Shown piece after piece: positions 37,276 to 47,604 of a stretch of 64,000 bases of DNA. The stretch comes from Candidatus Heimdallarchaeota archaeon (GTDB lineage: Archaea; Asgardarchaeota; Heimdallarchaeia; Heimdallarchaeales; Heimdallarchaeaceae). The stretch's first letter is position 1, and each line of letters starts with the position of its first letter. The stretch covers positions 15,626-79,625 of the forward strand of contig DAOVER010000004.1 of NCBI GenBank assembly GCA_030668875.1, read 5' to 3'. Position numbers and translations under genes: made by a program. The notes under the pieces are model-generated. The model saw only the letters and a program-made list of their open reading frames with translations, was not told where the DNA came from and searched no databases.

Positions 37276-39107
37276 ATTCTTATTGTGGCTTGTTGTTGTC
37301 TCAATGGTCCATCCGCTTTTATGTTAAGGTTAATTACTATTGTTTCACCTGAATTTATTCGTTTTATCACGCATTTGATATTGGACAATTCAACAGATAC
37401 ATCAACAGTTGGAGGAGTATGATCTACAAATTCAGCAGAGAAAATTGGTTGAATGAGAGTAACATTATCTAATGGAACGTCTCCAGTATTTGTTATTGGT
37501 ATCTCAATATTGTAGCTATCGTCTGATTGTTTTGTGAATATTGATGTTACTCTGTAGGATCTTTGCTTAAATTGTACAACTATTGTAGGAACTTTCCCAT
37601 CAGATCTAGCATCTGTTACAAAAGGTCTAGCCGGATGTTCAGCATATGCTTTGATTGTAGCTGGTGCTGAATGACTGCCTTCAATTCTAGGTTTATCAGC
37701 AACACACATAGCTTTAATTTTCACTGTTTGACCTAGATCTAATTTGAGATTTTCAATAATATAATTGTAAACTCTTTCCTTCTCAATACCCTCTGAAATG
37801 CTCTCTAAGTAGTTTTTAACATCTTCATCTTCGACTACTTCTTCAACATAATCATCTTCTTTCTCGATTTCTTCGAACGTTGCAGTTTCTCTGTCTTCGA
37901 TTACTGGTTTGAGCTCTTCTTTAGACTCTTCTACGAAAATAATTTCAATATCTTTACCAGATGATTCTGCTGTTACTCTTTTAACATCAAAGTAACCTGG
38001 TATTGAGTCCTCAATTTCTATTTTACCAATTGTAGCGGATCCAGTGTTTGTGACATCAATTGTTGTTATTATATCTGAAAAAGCATAAGTAGTTACTTCA
38101 ATTGGGTCAAATAGTTTGGACGCTCCAACTTTTACAACGAATATTTGTTCACTCGCTTTTTCATAAGCTATGGTTGAATGTTCAGTTATTTCGAAAAGCG
38201 CTGTATAATCAAACTTCTTAGTGATTTCAGGAAATGTTGAGGATTCAATAGTAATTTGCTCTTTCCAGATTGGTTCATTGAGATTTCCTTCTAATTCAAT
38301 CATAGGTTCTTTGAAATATTTTTCTTCACCATTAACTTCTATTTTAACCTCTTTTAGTAATATCTCAAACTCACTTGCGTTTCTTAATCCCATGCTAAGT
38401 TTCCATTGATTGGGTTCAGCTGTCTCAATAACTTCTACACTTAAATCTACATTATCACAATCGCCATCTAACACAGGTTTCAATGAACTCATTTTGATTT
38501 CTGTTTCACATCTTGCTGTAATGATTCCATTTCTATATGGCTGTACATTTGTTGGATTTATTGTACAAGCAATTGTAACAATTGCGATACCTCCAGCTTC
38601 TAATTCTGGAATTACCCAATTTGCAACTCTTTCACCTTCTACAATAGTTATGTCACCTGGGTATGGTTCTATTGCTCTTATTTCTCTTGTATCCAAAGGT
38701 AAGTGCTTTTCAACTGCCAAGTTCTTGATTTTTGTATCATAATTATTTTTAACAGTAAGCTGAAGAGCTAGAGTTTGATCTACATTAAAAATCAGGTCTT
38801 TATTCAAGGAATCTATTTCGTCTCCTTTGTAATTAGTGTCAAAAATCTCTGTTATTTTGATTGATGGTTCATTCTTTGTTGTATATTCAACAATATGTTC
38901 CTTACCTGCTTCTACGTGAGGGATGTTTGTAATTGGTATTTCATCAACATCTTCACTGAAATCAGCTTCCAGTTCAATCCCCCATAATGTTGTAGATTTG
39001 CTTGGGTTAATAACCTTCAAAACACCTTTTGATTCTGTTGTAATAACCTCATCTTTAGGTCCTACTTTTATTTCCACATGTTCTTCTAAATGTATCGTAG
39101 CTTTCAT
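37266..39107 (-). CDS. Large cytoplasmic beta-rich repeat protein (613 aa), unknown function
   Basis: No signal peptide; several ~100-aa beta-strand-rich segments; acidic linker (EEIEKEDDYVEEVVEDEDV). Confidence 0.45.
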   Translation of the reverse strand: MKATIHLEEHVEIKVGPKDEVITTESKGVLKVINPSKSTTLWGIELEADFSEDVDEIPITNIPHVEAGKEHIVEYTTKNEPSIKITEIFDTNYKGDEIDSLNKDLIFNVDQTLALQLTVKNNYDTKIKNLAVEKHLPLDTREIRAIEPYPGDITIVEGERVANWVIPELEAGGIAIVTIACTINPTNVQPYRNGIITARCETEIKMSSLKPVLDGDCDNVDLSVEVIETAEPNQWKLSMGLRNASEFEILLKEVKIEVNGEEKYFKEPMIELEGNLNEPIWKEQITIESSTFPEITKKFDYTALFEITEHSTIAYEKASEQIFVVKVGASKLFDPIEVTTYAFSDIITTIDVTNTGSATIGKIEIEDSIPGYFDVKRVTAESSGKDIEIIFVEESKEELKPVIEDRETATFEEIEKEDDYVEEVVEDEDVKNYLESISEGIEKERVYNYIIENLKLDLGQTVKIKAMCVADKPRIEGSHSAPATIKAYAEHPARPFVTDARSDGKVPTIVVQFKQRSYRVTSIFTKQSDDSYNIEIPITNTGDVPLDNVTLIQPIFSAEFVDHTPPTVDVSVELSNIKCVIKRINSGETIVINLNIKADGPLRQQQATIRIED

Positions 39108-39155
39108 TATGAAACCCTCTTTGTTTATATATTAAGAATCAGTTTCTAGCAATTA

Positions 39156-39165
39156 ATACTTACTG
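39156..39165. promoter_or_regulatory. Perfect 10-bp palindrome TGTTGCAACA in the divergent promoter region (candidate operator)
   Basis: Between the 613-aa minus-strand gene and the plus-strand ArsR-family regulator gene. Confidence 0.3.
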
Positions 39166-39269
39166 TTGTTGCAACAGCACAAAATCCCTCAAACATTCTC
39201 GTTAAACTCCCTCTTTCGCTAGAATAACTAGCAACCGACAATAATTTAAAGAACCAAGGTAATAAAGAA

Positions 39270-39707
39270 TTGATTATGACTAAAGATGAGAAAGATTCTC
39301 AGATAATAAATCAGATCTATTCTATTTTTAGAGATAGTACGAGAAGAAAAATACTTACTCTACTTAGCAATATGAAACTAACTGCAGACGATTTAACAGA
39401 GGAATTAGCTATATCGCGTCCAGCGGTTGAGAAACATTTGAAACAAATGCTGGATATTGGATTGATTGAGAGAATAGCTGACACTTATCCCACATTGAAA
39501 TATCTTTATACAATCCCTGAACCAAGCGTTGACTTAATGTCAAATATACACGATTCTATTGAAGAGTTTGTTACTTCTATAATAGATGACTATTCAAGAA
39601 GATTAGAAAATGAAGAACAACTTTACCTCTTAGGCATGTCATCTAAGGAAAGATATGAAGCTATTAGAGAAAAATACGACTCCATTTTAAAGAAATTAAG
39701 ATCATAA
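39270..39707 (+). CDS. ArsR-family wHTH transcriptional regulator
   Basis: DSTRRKILTLLSNMKLTADDLTEELAISRPAVEKHLKQMLDIGLIER. Confidence 0.7.
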   Translation: MIMTKDEKDSQIINQIYSIFRDSTRRKILTLLSNMKLTADDLTEELAISRPAVEKHLKQMLDIGLIERIADTYPTLKYLYTIPEPSVDLMSNIHDSIEEFVTSIIDDYSRRLENEEQLYLLGMSSKERYEAIREKYDSILKKLRS

Positions 39708-39729
39708 AAAGCAATAAGTTTGTGATATT

Positions 39730-40221
39730 ATGCACATGAGGTCAAAGAAAACTCTATCTAATAAAGAAAAACGAGATTTACAAACTAAAGTGATAGAATT
39801 ATATGGCAAAAAAGTATTATCCTCCTTTCAAAAATCATTGATACTTCAAAGTATAAAAACTGAAGAAGGAACGTTTATTGTCAAAGACAAAAAGATTTGG
39901 TGGTTCCTTCATGATGGAAAATACATTCCTTCGATACACTTCCTTAGAGAGTTAAATCCTGGTCTACACAAAATAGTGGTCGATGTAGGCGCTATCAGAT
40001 TTATCACAAACGGTGCAGATGTTATGGCTCCAGGTATAGTGTCCTTTGATGATAACATAACAAAAGGGGCCTACGTTATAATACATGAAGAGCGAGCCAA
40101 TGCAATTCTTGGCGTGGGTATCTCTCTTATAGATGCAGAAGAATTTAGTAAAAATAAAAAGGGTAAAGTAGTAAAATTAATCCATCATTTGAAAGATAAA
40201 ATATGGTCTGCTCAGTTCTAA
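39730..40221 (+). CDS. PUA-domain RNA-binding protein (Tma20/MCT-1-like, DUF1947 plus PUA)
   Basis: C-terminal PUA (IRFITNGADVMAPGIV...GAYVIIHEE...ILGVGISL) with an N-terminal MCT-1-like domain. Confidence 0.6.
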   Translation: MHMRSKKTLSNKEKRDLQTKVIELYGKKVLSSFQKSLILQSIKTEEGTFIVKDKKIWWFLHDGKYIPSIHFLRELNPGLHKIVVDVGAIRFITNGADVMAPGIVSFDDNITKGAYVIIHEERANAILGVGISLIDAEEFSKNKKGKVVKLIHHLKDKIWSAQF

Positions 40222-40224
40222 ATC

Positions 40225-42168
40225 TTACCTTAACCTTATAGTTGTACCATTTGTAGGTGCCATACTCTCTCTTTTAGTTGCTTTGTATACCCACGAAGCA
40301 AATTTATTTGCTTTTGATTCTTCACCATGAAAAACTATAACTCTTTCTGGTTTTGGAGTAACTTTGCGAATGTAGTTTTCTAATTCTCTTCTGTCACTAT
40401 GTCCTGTAAATCCTGAAATACTATGAACCGGCATTTCTATATGATACATGACTGTTTTGCGGTTTTCCATAAGTTGGATCTCTGTTATGCCTTTCTGAAC
40501 CTTACTTCCCATGGTTCCTTTTCCTTGGTAACTTACAAACACCATTGCGTTATTTGGATCAGAACATAGTGCTTTGAAGTATTGAACGCTTGGACCTCCA
40601 CTTAACATACCACTTGTAGCTACAATTATTGCAGAATCTCCTTTTACAATTAGTTCTCGTTCTTCATTTGAAGCTACATGTTTCATTTGTTCTGATAGGA
40701 AAGGATTTTGACCTGCATGGAATATCCTTTCTCTAAGACTCTTTGATAAAAATTCAGGGTGGGCAGTTGTTATTGCAGATGCTTCTCGAATCATACCATC
40801 TGTGTAAATTGGAATTGTAGGTATTTCCTTTGTTTTCATTAAATTCTCTAGAACAACAAGAATCTCTTGGGCTCTGCCAACAGCTAGAACTGGAATAAGA
40901 ATCTTTCCATTTTTCTTTATGGTGTCATTAACAATGTTTCTCAACATTTTTTCACACTCTGCTCTTGGAGGAAGAATATCTTGGGGTTTTCCATAAGTAG
41001 ATTCAATGAAGAGCGTTTCCAATCTAGGGAATCTGCAGTTTGCTGGATCTAAAAGGTTTGATCTAGCAAATTTAATGTCTTGTGCAAATGCGATGTTATA
41101 AACACCTTCACCAATGTGAAGATGAGGGATTGTACTTCCTACAATATGTCCTGCATTGTGGAAAGTTAAACGAATGTCAGGTGAGATATCTGTTACTTCT
41201 CCATAGTTTAAAACTATAGTGTGAAGTACTGACTCCCTTATGTCCTTCTGTTCATATGGTATGGTTTTTCCTTCTTTTGCGGCTACATCAAGATAATCTA
41301 TTTGAAGCATTGTCATTAAATCTCTTGTTGGTTTTGTAGCATATACAGCGCCCTTATACCCATATTTGAAAAGATAAGGCACAAAACCAGAATGATCAAG
41401 ATGAGCATGCGATATTACAACAGCATCCAACTGATCAACATCAAATTCAGGAAGGTCAAAGCGAGGAAAAGTATTATTTGGTGAATTGCTCCCAACATTG
41501 ATTCCGCAATCTACTAATACTCTACTTTCACCAGTTTGAATTAGAGAACTACTTCTACCAACTTCTGAGTAACCACCTAAAGCAGTTACTCGAATTGTAT
41601 CATCTCTATAAATAATGGGTCGATGAATACGCTTACCAATATTCTTCATAATTTCCTGTCTTTTCTTTGAATGTTCTTGATAGAGATGTCTAATAGTTTT
41701 TATTACCCTGGATTCAATTGGGGGTGTTCGCATAACATTTGGTCGCCACAAAGTTTTAGCGATAATTGTTCGTAGCATTTCGCCAGATTTTCCAATAATT
41801 ACTCCCGGTTTCAGAGCTTCTATAATTACCTCTCCAACAAGCTCGTCAAAATCTATTGAAGTAATTTCTCCTTCTTTTCCTACCAACTCTGTAATCAAGT
41901 AAGTGGTTTCATCTTTGGGCAATCTTACACTAGGATCAGATCTAATAACAATCCTTTTTCGTAACTTCTTTGCTAATCCCTTAACAATGGTTTCGTCGTC
42001 TACCAGTACTCTTGGATTGCGAGAATAAACTGCGACCTCTGGCCCTTCAAACTCTATTCGTGTAATTTCTGAGTTGCTAGGTAGTTCTACATGTATGTCT
42101 TTGGACGTTTGTTCTAGTACTTCTTTATAACTCAAGATATCCGACCCTTCTAATTGATCTAAATACAA
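40225..42168 (-). CDS. fttA: aCPSF1/FttA: KH-domain beta-CASP metallo-beta-lactamase ribonuclease (archaeal transcription termination factor)
   Basis: Two N-terminal KH domains; the MBL motif ISHAHLDHSG; beta-CASP region; about 640 aa, typical of aCPSF1. Confidence 0.85.
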   Translation of the reverse strand: MYLDQLEGSDILSYKEVLEQTSKDIHVELPSNSEITRIEFEGPEVAVYSRNPRVLVDDETIVKGLAKKLRKRIVIRSDPSVRLPKDETTYLITELVGKEGEITSIDFDELVGEVIIEALKPGVIIGKSGEMLRTIIAKTLWRPNVMRTPPIESRVIKTIRHLYQEHSKKRQEIMKNIGKRIHRPIIYRDDTIRVTALGGYSEVGRSSSLIQTGESRVLVDCGINVGSNSPNNTFPRFDLPEFDVDQLDAVVISHAHLDHSGFVPYLFKYGYKGAVYATKPTRDLMTMLQIDYLDVAAKEGKTIPYEQKDIRESVLHTIVLNYGEVTDISPDIRLTFHNAGHIVGSTIPHLHIGEGVYNIAFAQDIKFARSNLLDPANCRFPRLETLFIESTYGKPQDILPPRAECEKMLRNIVNDTIKKNGKILIPVLAVGRAQEILVVLENLMKTKEIPTIPIYTDGMIREASAITTAHPEFLSKSLRERIFHAGQNPFLSEQMKHVASNEERELIVKGDSAIIVATSGMLSGGPSVQYFKALCSDPNNAMVFVSYQGKGTMGSKVQKGITEIQLMENRKTVMYHIEMPVHSISGFTGHSDRRELENYIRKVTPKPERVIVFHGEESKANKFASWVYKATKRESMAPTNGTTIRLR

Positions 42169-42310
42169 GTGCTTTTTAGAATAGGCTTACCTATTTGTTT
42201 AAACAAAAATATTAAACTAATGTAAATCGCTAAACAGTCTTTAAATACTTTGTGTTTATTGAATTTAGGTGTTAGATTGGTTGTTAGCAAAGAAACTGAC
42301 AAAATTACCT

Positions 42311-42859
42311 TTAGTTCCCCTTCCTCAAATACCAACCTCTATCCTTCGGAGTGTTTTTGCTCCCCTTTATTATTACTGTGTTTGAGGGTGAATTTTGAAG
42401 CTCTTCTGAACTTATAATTGTTTCTCCAACTCCATAATGGATGTTGTTTCTCCCCTCAATTATGATTAAATCTCCCTTCTTAAAAACCTCATCAAACCTA
42501 AGAACATTGTCTGTGAAGATAGATTTTCCATAAAGAAACTGATCAGTTTTTATGTGTATTACCTTCTTTGATTTTAATCTGATTAGCGCGCTCCCCTCAA
42601 TTTCTAAATGAAACTTATCATTCTTTATTGAACCAATGGGTATTCCAGCAAAATACAGATTGTGGGAGATAGTTTTTGCGATTTTTGCAATATTTGGACG
42701 TAAAGCGCAAATCTCTTTGATTTTTCCATCTCTCATCCATAAAAGACGATTTTGCAATGAATCCAATCCCTTCTTCCCAAATTGTTCTTCAATCTCTCTT
42801 CGAACAATTTCCTCTTCCGTTTTGGTTGTTTTTCGGAAGTTCACTGTTTTATTACTCAT
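42311..42859 (-). CDS. PUA-domain protein (NIP7-like; possibly a detached PUA module of the upstream NSUN methyltransferase)
   Basis: C-terminal PUA-like LRFDEVFKKGDLIIIEGRNNIHYGVGETIIS; 4-nt overlap with the NSUN gene stop. Confidence 0.45.
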   Translation of the reverse strand: MSNKTVNFRKTTKTEEEIVRREIEEQFGKKGLDSLQNRLLWMRDGKIKEICALRPNIAKIAKTISHNLYFAGIPIGSIKNDKFHLEIEGSALIRLKSKKVIHIKTDQFLYGKSIFTDNVLRFDEVFKKGDLIIIEGRNNIHYGVGETIISSEELQNSPSNTVIIKGSKNTPKDRGWYLRKGN

Positions 42860-43821
42860 TGTTCTTTCACCATTTTAATTATAAAGAAACCTTCTCCTTT
42901 TGATGTATGTGGATATATTCTCTTGGCCTTTGTTACATCTGGATGAAAATTATATTGTTGAAATTTTTCTAAACCTGCTTTTCCTTGAATTTTTAACTCC
43001 TCTATTTTACAATCAAATTTCTCAAGAACTTGAGTTATTACAAGCTCGTTTTCCTCGGGCTCCAAAGAGCATGTACAATAAACTAGCTCTCCTCCTGGTT
43101 TAAGTACCTGTATGGATTCTGTTAATAACTCAGTCTGATATTTTTGATAATTTAAAATATCAGATAATGTTTTGGATTGTTTCCTTGAATGGTCAGAGAT
43201 AATTATTCCTGATCCTGAACAAGGGGCATCTAATAGAATTTTATCAAACCTTAAATCCAGCTCATTTATTTTTCTGGTGTCATATTGTAATATAATTGTG
43301 TTTTCAACACCCATTCGAGCTAAATTCGATTTCAAACTTCTACATCTATTAGAACTTATTTCGAGGGCAATTATTGTACCCTCATTGTTCATTAATTGGG
43401 CTAGATGAGATGTTTTACCACCAGGAGCTGCAGCAAAGTCTCCTATCAGTTCATCTGTTTTTGGAGCAAGTATTCTGCTTGGGAGCATAGAATTTTTTCC
43501 CTGTAACATATAATATCCTCCTAAGTACTCTGGAGTTGCTCCTATTGGTACAGGAGAACCAATGATTTCTTTTCCCTCAGGTATCCCTACAATATCTTCA
43601 AGTTTAATCCTTTTTCTTTCTAATAGTTTTACTGTGTGCTCAAAACTAGATCTTATTGTGTTCAATCTAATTGTTTTGTTTAACTCAGTTTCGTTAAACT
43701 TGAGTAGGTTTGATGTTTCCTCCTCACCCATCATTTCTACAAACCTTTCAATCATATAAACATCATAATTATATTCTTCGCTTAATTTGTAGGGATTAAT
43801 ATAATTATCTTCCTTATGCAT
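42856..43821 (-). CDS. NOL1/NOP2/Sun-family RNA m5C methyltransferase (RsmB/aTrm4-like)
   Basis: SAM motif DFAAAPGGKT; the DAPCSG catalytic Cys motif; second Cys in CTCS. Confidence 0.85.
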   Translation of the reverse strand: MHKEDNYINPYKLSEEYNYDVYMIERFVEMMGEEETSNLLKFNETELNKTIRLNTIRSSFEHTVKLLERKRIKLEDIVGIPEGKEIIGSPVPIGATPEYLGGYYMLQGKNSMLPSRILAPKTDELIGDFAAAPGGKTSHLAQLMNNEGTIIALEISSNRCRSLKSNLARMGVENTIILQYDTRKINELDLRFDKILLDAPCSGSGIIISDHSRKQSKTLSDILNYQKYQTELLTESIQVLKPGGELVYCTCSLEPEENELVITQVLEKFDCKIEELKIQGKAGLEKFQQYNFHPDVTKAKRIYPHTSKGEGFFIIKMVKEQ

Positions 43822-43903
43822 GATAATACATCTGCTGTTTAAATCTAGACTAAAAGACGTATTTCTTAATCTTAAAAAAGCTATTCTATAATTACCTCAA
43901 GAA

Positions 43904-44344
43904 ATGGTTATAACTCTAGTTGAAAAGGAAGTTGCGAAACTCAATTATTCATTCATACATGTAGGTGTATCGAAAATCTGCAACAATTGTCCGTTGAAGA
44001 AGGTATGTGTTGATGTTCTGAAGGAAAATCATTCATACAAAGTAGTTGAAGTAAGGAAAAAAGAACATACTTGCTTAATTGAGAATCAACCTATGCTAGT
44101 GTGCGTTGTAGAGGAAGCTGATTATACTATCAGTGTAGAAAATCAAAAATATTTGGAAAACATGATTCTCACAAGAAATTCTTTGAACTGTAAAGAAATC
44201 TTATGTGAGAATTACGATTATTGCATGCCACCTCTTTTTGACAGAACCAGTAAGATAAAAGTCCAAAACATTTTGAGAAAACTGAATTGTCCTCTAGATT
44301 TTGACCTAATTTTAATAGATGCAAGGAAAGTAGATAAAGAATAG
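43904..44344 (+). CDS. UPF0179-family Cys-rich protein
   Basis: ITLVEKEVAK..., the CNNCPLKKVC cluster, HSYKVVEVRKKEHTC..., size ~145 aa. Confidence 0.5.
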   Translation: MVITLVEKEVAKLNYSFIHVGVSKICNNCPLKKVCVDVLKENHSYKVVEVRKKEHTCLIENQPMLVCVVEEADYTISVENQKYLENMILTRNSLNCKEILCENYDYCMPPLFDRTSKIKVQNILRKLNCPLDFDLILIDARKVDKE

Positions 44345-44347
44345 TGA

Positions 44348-45043
44348 CTATTTCTTTTCTATTTCATAGTGTTCAATAAAAGTTACTTTATCATATTTTT
44401 TAGTTATTTCTCCCAAATCTCTTGTTACCCCATTTCGGGTAAACTGAATATATTCCATGAACCGAGTATCTTTTGGAAGTTCTATAACTATTACCTTGTC
44501 TTGTATCACAATCTTTGTCTCAGAAAAATCTATGCCAGGTAATCGTTTTTCAAGGAGACAGATGCACTGTTCCTTAATATCCATAACTTTTTTGATTATT
44601 TCTATGTCATATATTAAATCAAATCCGGCTAAATCATGATTAAAGTCAACTTTTACTCTGCTACTTGATACTTTGAGAATTCTACCTCTTTGACCACCAA
44701 TTTCTACTTTTGCGTCTTCTTTTGGTTTTATTTGATGTTTCTGAAATTCTCTCCTTTGAATTAATCGGATTTTTGAACGATCTCTTAAGCCAAATCCTCT
44801 TTTAGCATCAATGTTGATTGTCTTAGAGTCACCTTCTTTTAAACCAATAAGTCCTTCTTCTAATCCAACAGGCAATTTATGGTTTCCAACAATAAGAGTA
44901 AATGGTTGGTATATAAATTTCTCATCAAAGATATCATGTTCTTTTGCAATTTTTTCAAAAGTTGTATCGAAGACCTTTTCGTCCTCAGCAGTTTTGCATG
45001 TATAGTTTAATTTTACCATGTCACCAATCTTTATATTTGACAT
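44348..45043 (-). CDS. Long-type FKBP peptidyl-prolyl cis-trans isomerase (archaeal FKBP26/SlyD-like)
   Basis: FKBP core (GDMVKLNY...FTLIVGNHKLPVGLEEGLIGLKEGD) with an IF insertion and a C-terminal domain. Confidence 0.8.
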   Translation of the reverse strand: MSNIKIGDMVKLNYTCKTAEDEKVFDTTFEKIAKEHDIFDEKFIYQPFTLIVGNHKLPVGLEEGLIGLKEGDSKTINIDAKRGFGLRDRSKIRLIQRREFQKHQIKPKEDAKVEIGGQRGRILKVSSSRVKVDFNHDLAGFDLIYDIEIIKKVMDIKEQCICLLEKRLPGIDFSETKIVIQDKVIVIELPKDTRFMEYIQFTRNGVTRDLGEITKKYDKVTFIEHYEIEKK

Positions 45044-45093
45044 AATTTCACCGGATTTTTGTTGTCAACTAAATCTTTATGCGTTTGTCCTAT

Positions 45094-45786
45094 TTAAAAT
45101 TCTGGTTTTGGAGTAATTCCTTTTTTTAATCGGATAAGTAGTTTTTCAAAGTCAGATAGATATATGATTTCTTCTAATCCTTTAGAAAATGTACTTAGAA
45201 TTTTGCACTTCCTTTTAGCAAGTTTCTTACTGTATTTAAAGTGCATTAGTGATGGTAGAATGAGTAATTTTTCATGAAAATGTATGTTAGTTTTTCCCAT
45301 ATCAACATTTCTTTCTGCAGAATAGCTAATGACCCTGTATAATCCAATTATTCCAAGAGCATCTAAAGCATCTGCATCCTTAAGGATCTTTCCCTCTTTG
45401 AATTTTGGTAATATTTTCGTGCTAAATCTATGAGATTTAATAGCATCACAAACTTCTGGAATCATATCGTATTTCTCTTGCTTTTCTAGGTATTCTTTTG
45501 CTAATTCAGCACTAATATCCGCATGATTCCTTCCTGTTTTTTCTTCTTCTGCTCTACCTACATCATGAAAAAGAGCTGCCGTTAATAGGATATCAATTGA
45601 TGCTCCAAGGCGTTTAGCAATATCCATACACGTATTAGCTACTCTTATTGTATGTTCAAGTGAATGAGATTGACTCTGGTTATTTCCTGTAAATATATCA
45701 TCCACATAGTGATATGTTTTGGTTATAAACTTCTGAAACTCCTGATCTGAATCGAAGAAGTTAAGTTTTATTTTAGCTTTTTGCAT
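45094..45786 (-). CDS. HD-domain phosphohydrolase
   Basis: H...HD motif (LTAALFHDVGR) and downstream metal-binding His/Asp residues. Confidence 0.75.
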   Translation of the reverse strand: MQKAKIKLNFFDSDQEFQKFITKTYHYVDDIFTGNNQSQSHSLEHTIRVANTCMDIAKRLGASIDILLTAALFHDVGRAEEEKTGRNHADISAELAKEYLEKQEKYDMIPEVCDAIKSHRFSTKILPKFKEGKILKDADALDALGIIGLYRVISYSAERNVDMGKTNIHFHEKLLILPSLMHFKYSKKLAKRKCKILSTFSKGLEEIIYLSDFEKLLIRLKKGITPKPEF

Positions 45787-45788
45787 TT

Positions 45789-46448
45789 TTATTTCATCTC
45801 ATGAATATTGTAAATTTTTCCTTGAACTGCACAATTTTCGTCTATTTCGATAACAGCGAAATTTCCTTGTGTAACTGGTCCTGGGTTGATTATACAACAA
45901 TCTCCTAAAAAAGAAATCGTTGGTGATTCATGTATGTGACCAGATACAGAGAGAAATATGTTTGGGTGTGTCTCTATAGCCTTTCTTATTTCCCTTGATC
46001 CAACATGTCTGTTTAATGAAGCCAAATCTGCACCTGTTCCATAAGGAGGAACATGAGTTAACAAACACACATTCTCTGCATTTTTTTCTAGTTTCCTTAG
46101 TATTTTTTTGTTAATTTTAGGTTGTGCTGAACCAAAGCCTACAAATGTAATTCCTTCCAAACGTTGAGGGTTAGATTCAACGTGGAAAAATGATGTTTGA
46201 AGTTTCTCCAAGTCATAAATCGGATCACAGTTCCCAAATACAAAGTAAATCTGTGAACTATATATAGAAACGAGTTCAAGCAGTGAAGACATATTTTCGA
46301 TAGAACCAAAATTCGTTATATCACCGGCAATTAAGACTGTAAATGGTTTTTTTATGACTTCCTTTGCTTTTGCTAGAATATTCTCCAAGGTTATCTTTTG
46401 ACTATGAATATCAGCTAAAATTAGTGCTCTTAGAACCATACATGTCAC
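45789..46448 (-). CDS. Calcineurin-like metallophosphoesterase (YfcE/MJ0936-type)
   Basis: D-x-H (ADIHS), GDITN, GNCD, the HVPP and SGHIHE motifs. Confidence 0.8.
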   Translation of the reverse strand: MTCMVLRALILADIHSQKITLENILAKAKEVIKKPFTVLIAGDITNFGSIENMSSLLELVSIYSSQIYFVFGNCDPIYDLEKLQTSFFHVESNPQRLEGITFVGFGSAQPKINKKILRKLEKNAENVCLLTHVPPYGTGADLASLNRHVGSREIRKAIETHPNIFLSVSGHIHESPTISFLGDCCIINPGPVTQGNFAVIEIDENCAVQGKIYNIHEMK

Positions 46449-47096
46449 CTAATTATAGGAAAGCTCAAGAAACGTGAAAATCCCAGAATACTGGAAATCA
46501 TCAACTAGAGAGTTATATCTCCATAATTCAAATACAATCTTCAGATCATCATTTGTTCCTAAAATTGTAGCTAGTGTATTATTCATAAACAGCGTAGTAT
46601 TCACAGGTCCCCAGATATACTCTCCAGTTTGCACTCCTTTTTCCTCTTTCTCACTTTTCGTCGCAGGTGATAAGATCTTCTCATATGTTTCATTTGAATA
46701 TAACAGCTTAGAATTTGAAAGAGAAAGAGGTTTTTCAAGGCTGATATTTTGAGATATCTTTGCGACTTTTATCTGGAGTTGATAGTAAGTGATTTTATTT
46801 TCAAAATTTTTTACCATAAAAAATATTGTGATGTTATCTGATAGTGATATTTGGTTTGGGTAATTATTTGCGACATATGTCTCGTTTGTTGCATTGTATG
46901 TCAATAATGATAATTCAGAGAAGCCATTTTGTTTATTTGGGAAGAAAACTATGGAAGTGATTGCAACTATCGCCCCAATTGTGGAAACAACTATGACAAG
47001 CGTTATAATTTTTTTTGGATTTATTTTTGGCAGCCCTTTCTTTGGATTTATTTTATCAAATTTATTGTTCTTTTTTGCCATTTTATTTGTCTCCAA
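46449..47096 (-). CDS. Membrane-anchored extracellular glycoprotein (N-terminal TM)
   Basis: Lys-rich N-terminus, one TM helix, then a sequon-rich domain; ends immediately before the metallophosphoesterase gene. Confidence 0.45.
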   Translation of the reverse strand: METNKMAKKNNKFDKINPKKGLPKINPKKIITLVIVVSTIGAIVAITSIVFFPNKQNGFSELSLLTYNATNETYVANNYPNQISLSDNITIFFMVKNFENKITYYQLQIKVAKISQNISLEKPLSLSNSKLLYSNETYEKILSPATKSEKEEKGVQTGEYIWGPVNTTLFMNNTLATILGTNDDLKIVFELWRYNSLVDDFQYSGIFTFLELSYN

Positions 47097-47604
47097 GTTC
47101 CTTGTCGTAGATTATCTCTAGATTGCCATATTCTTCAATTTGTTTGTTCTTAAACCAAGGGTAGATTTTCTTTACGAAGAGAAAAACAAAACCAAGGGTA
47201 GCAAAAGCAGAAACCACGCCAACTATACTGTATAGTAACCATGATTCTTTTATAGCCAAATTATTTATTTCTACAATTTCCGCCTCTATATTTTCCAGTT
47301 GGGTTAACGCTTGATTCGCTTTCTGTATTGAAAGATCATATTGTGCATATCTGAATAATTGCTTGGCTTCATTAATCAATTGAAGTGAGTTATCCACCTG
47401 CAAAACAATAGTTCTCACCTCTGAGTTAATATTTCCTACTTCTTCCAACATGGATAATACTGTTTTGAGTTTCTCAGAAGCTTGCTGAATAAATTGTTCT
47501 GCTTCCTCCTCAGATTGTGCAAAGGCATCAGAACTAGCAAAGGAAACAGATAGCATCAAGATAACGAAGCAGAATAACAGGTAATTTGCTAATTTATTTC
47601 TCAT
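47083..47604 (-). CDS. Secreted coiled-coil protein with a C-terminal TM anchor
   Basis: Signal peptide, heptad-rich region, C-terminal hydrophobic helix; overlaps both neighbours. Confidence 0.45.
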   Translation of the reverse strand: MRNKLANYLLFCFVILMLSVSFASSDAFAQSEEEAEQFIQQASEKLKTVLSMLEEVGNINSEVRTIVLQVDNSLQLINEAKQLFRYAQYDLSIQKANQALTQLENIEAEIVEINNLAIKESWLLYSIVGVVSAFATLGFVFLFVKKIYPWFKNKQIEEYGNLEIIYDKELGDK

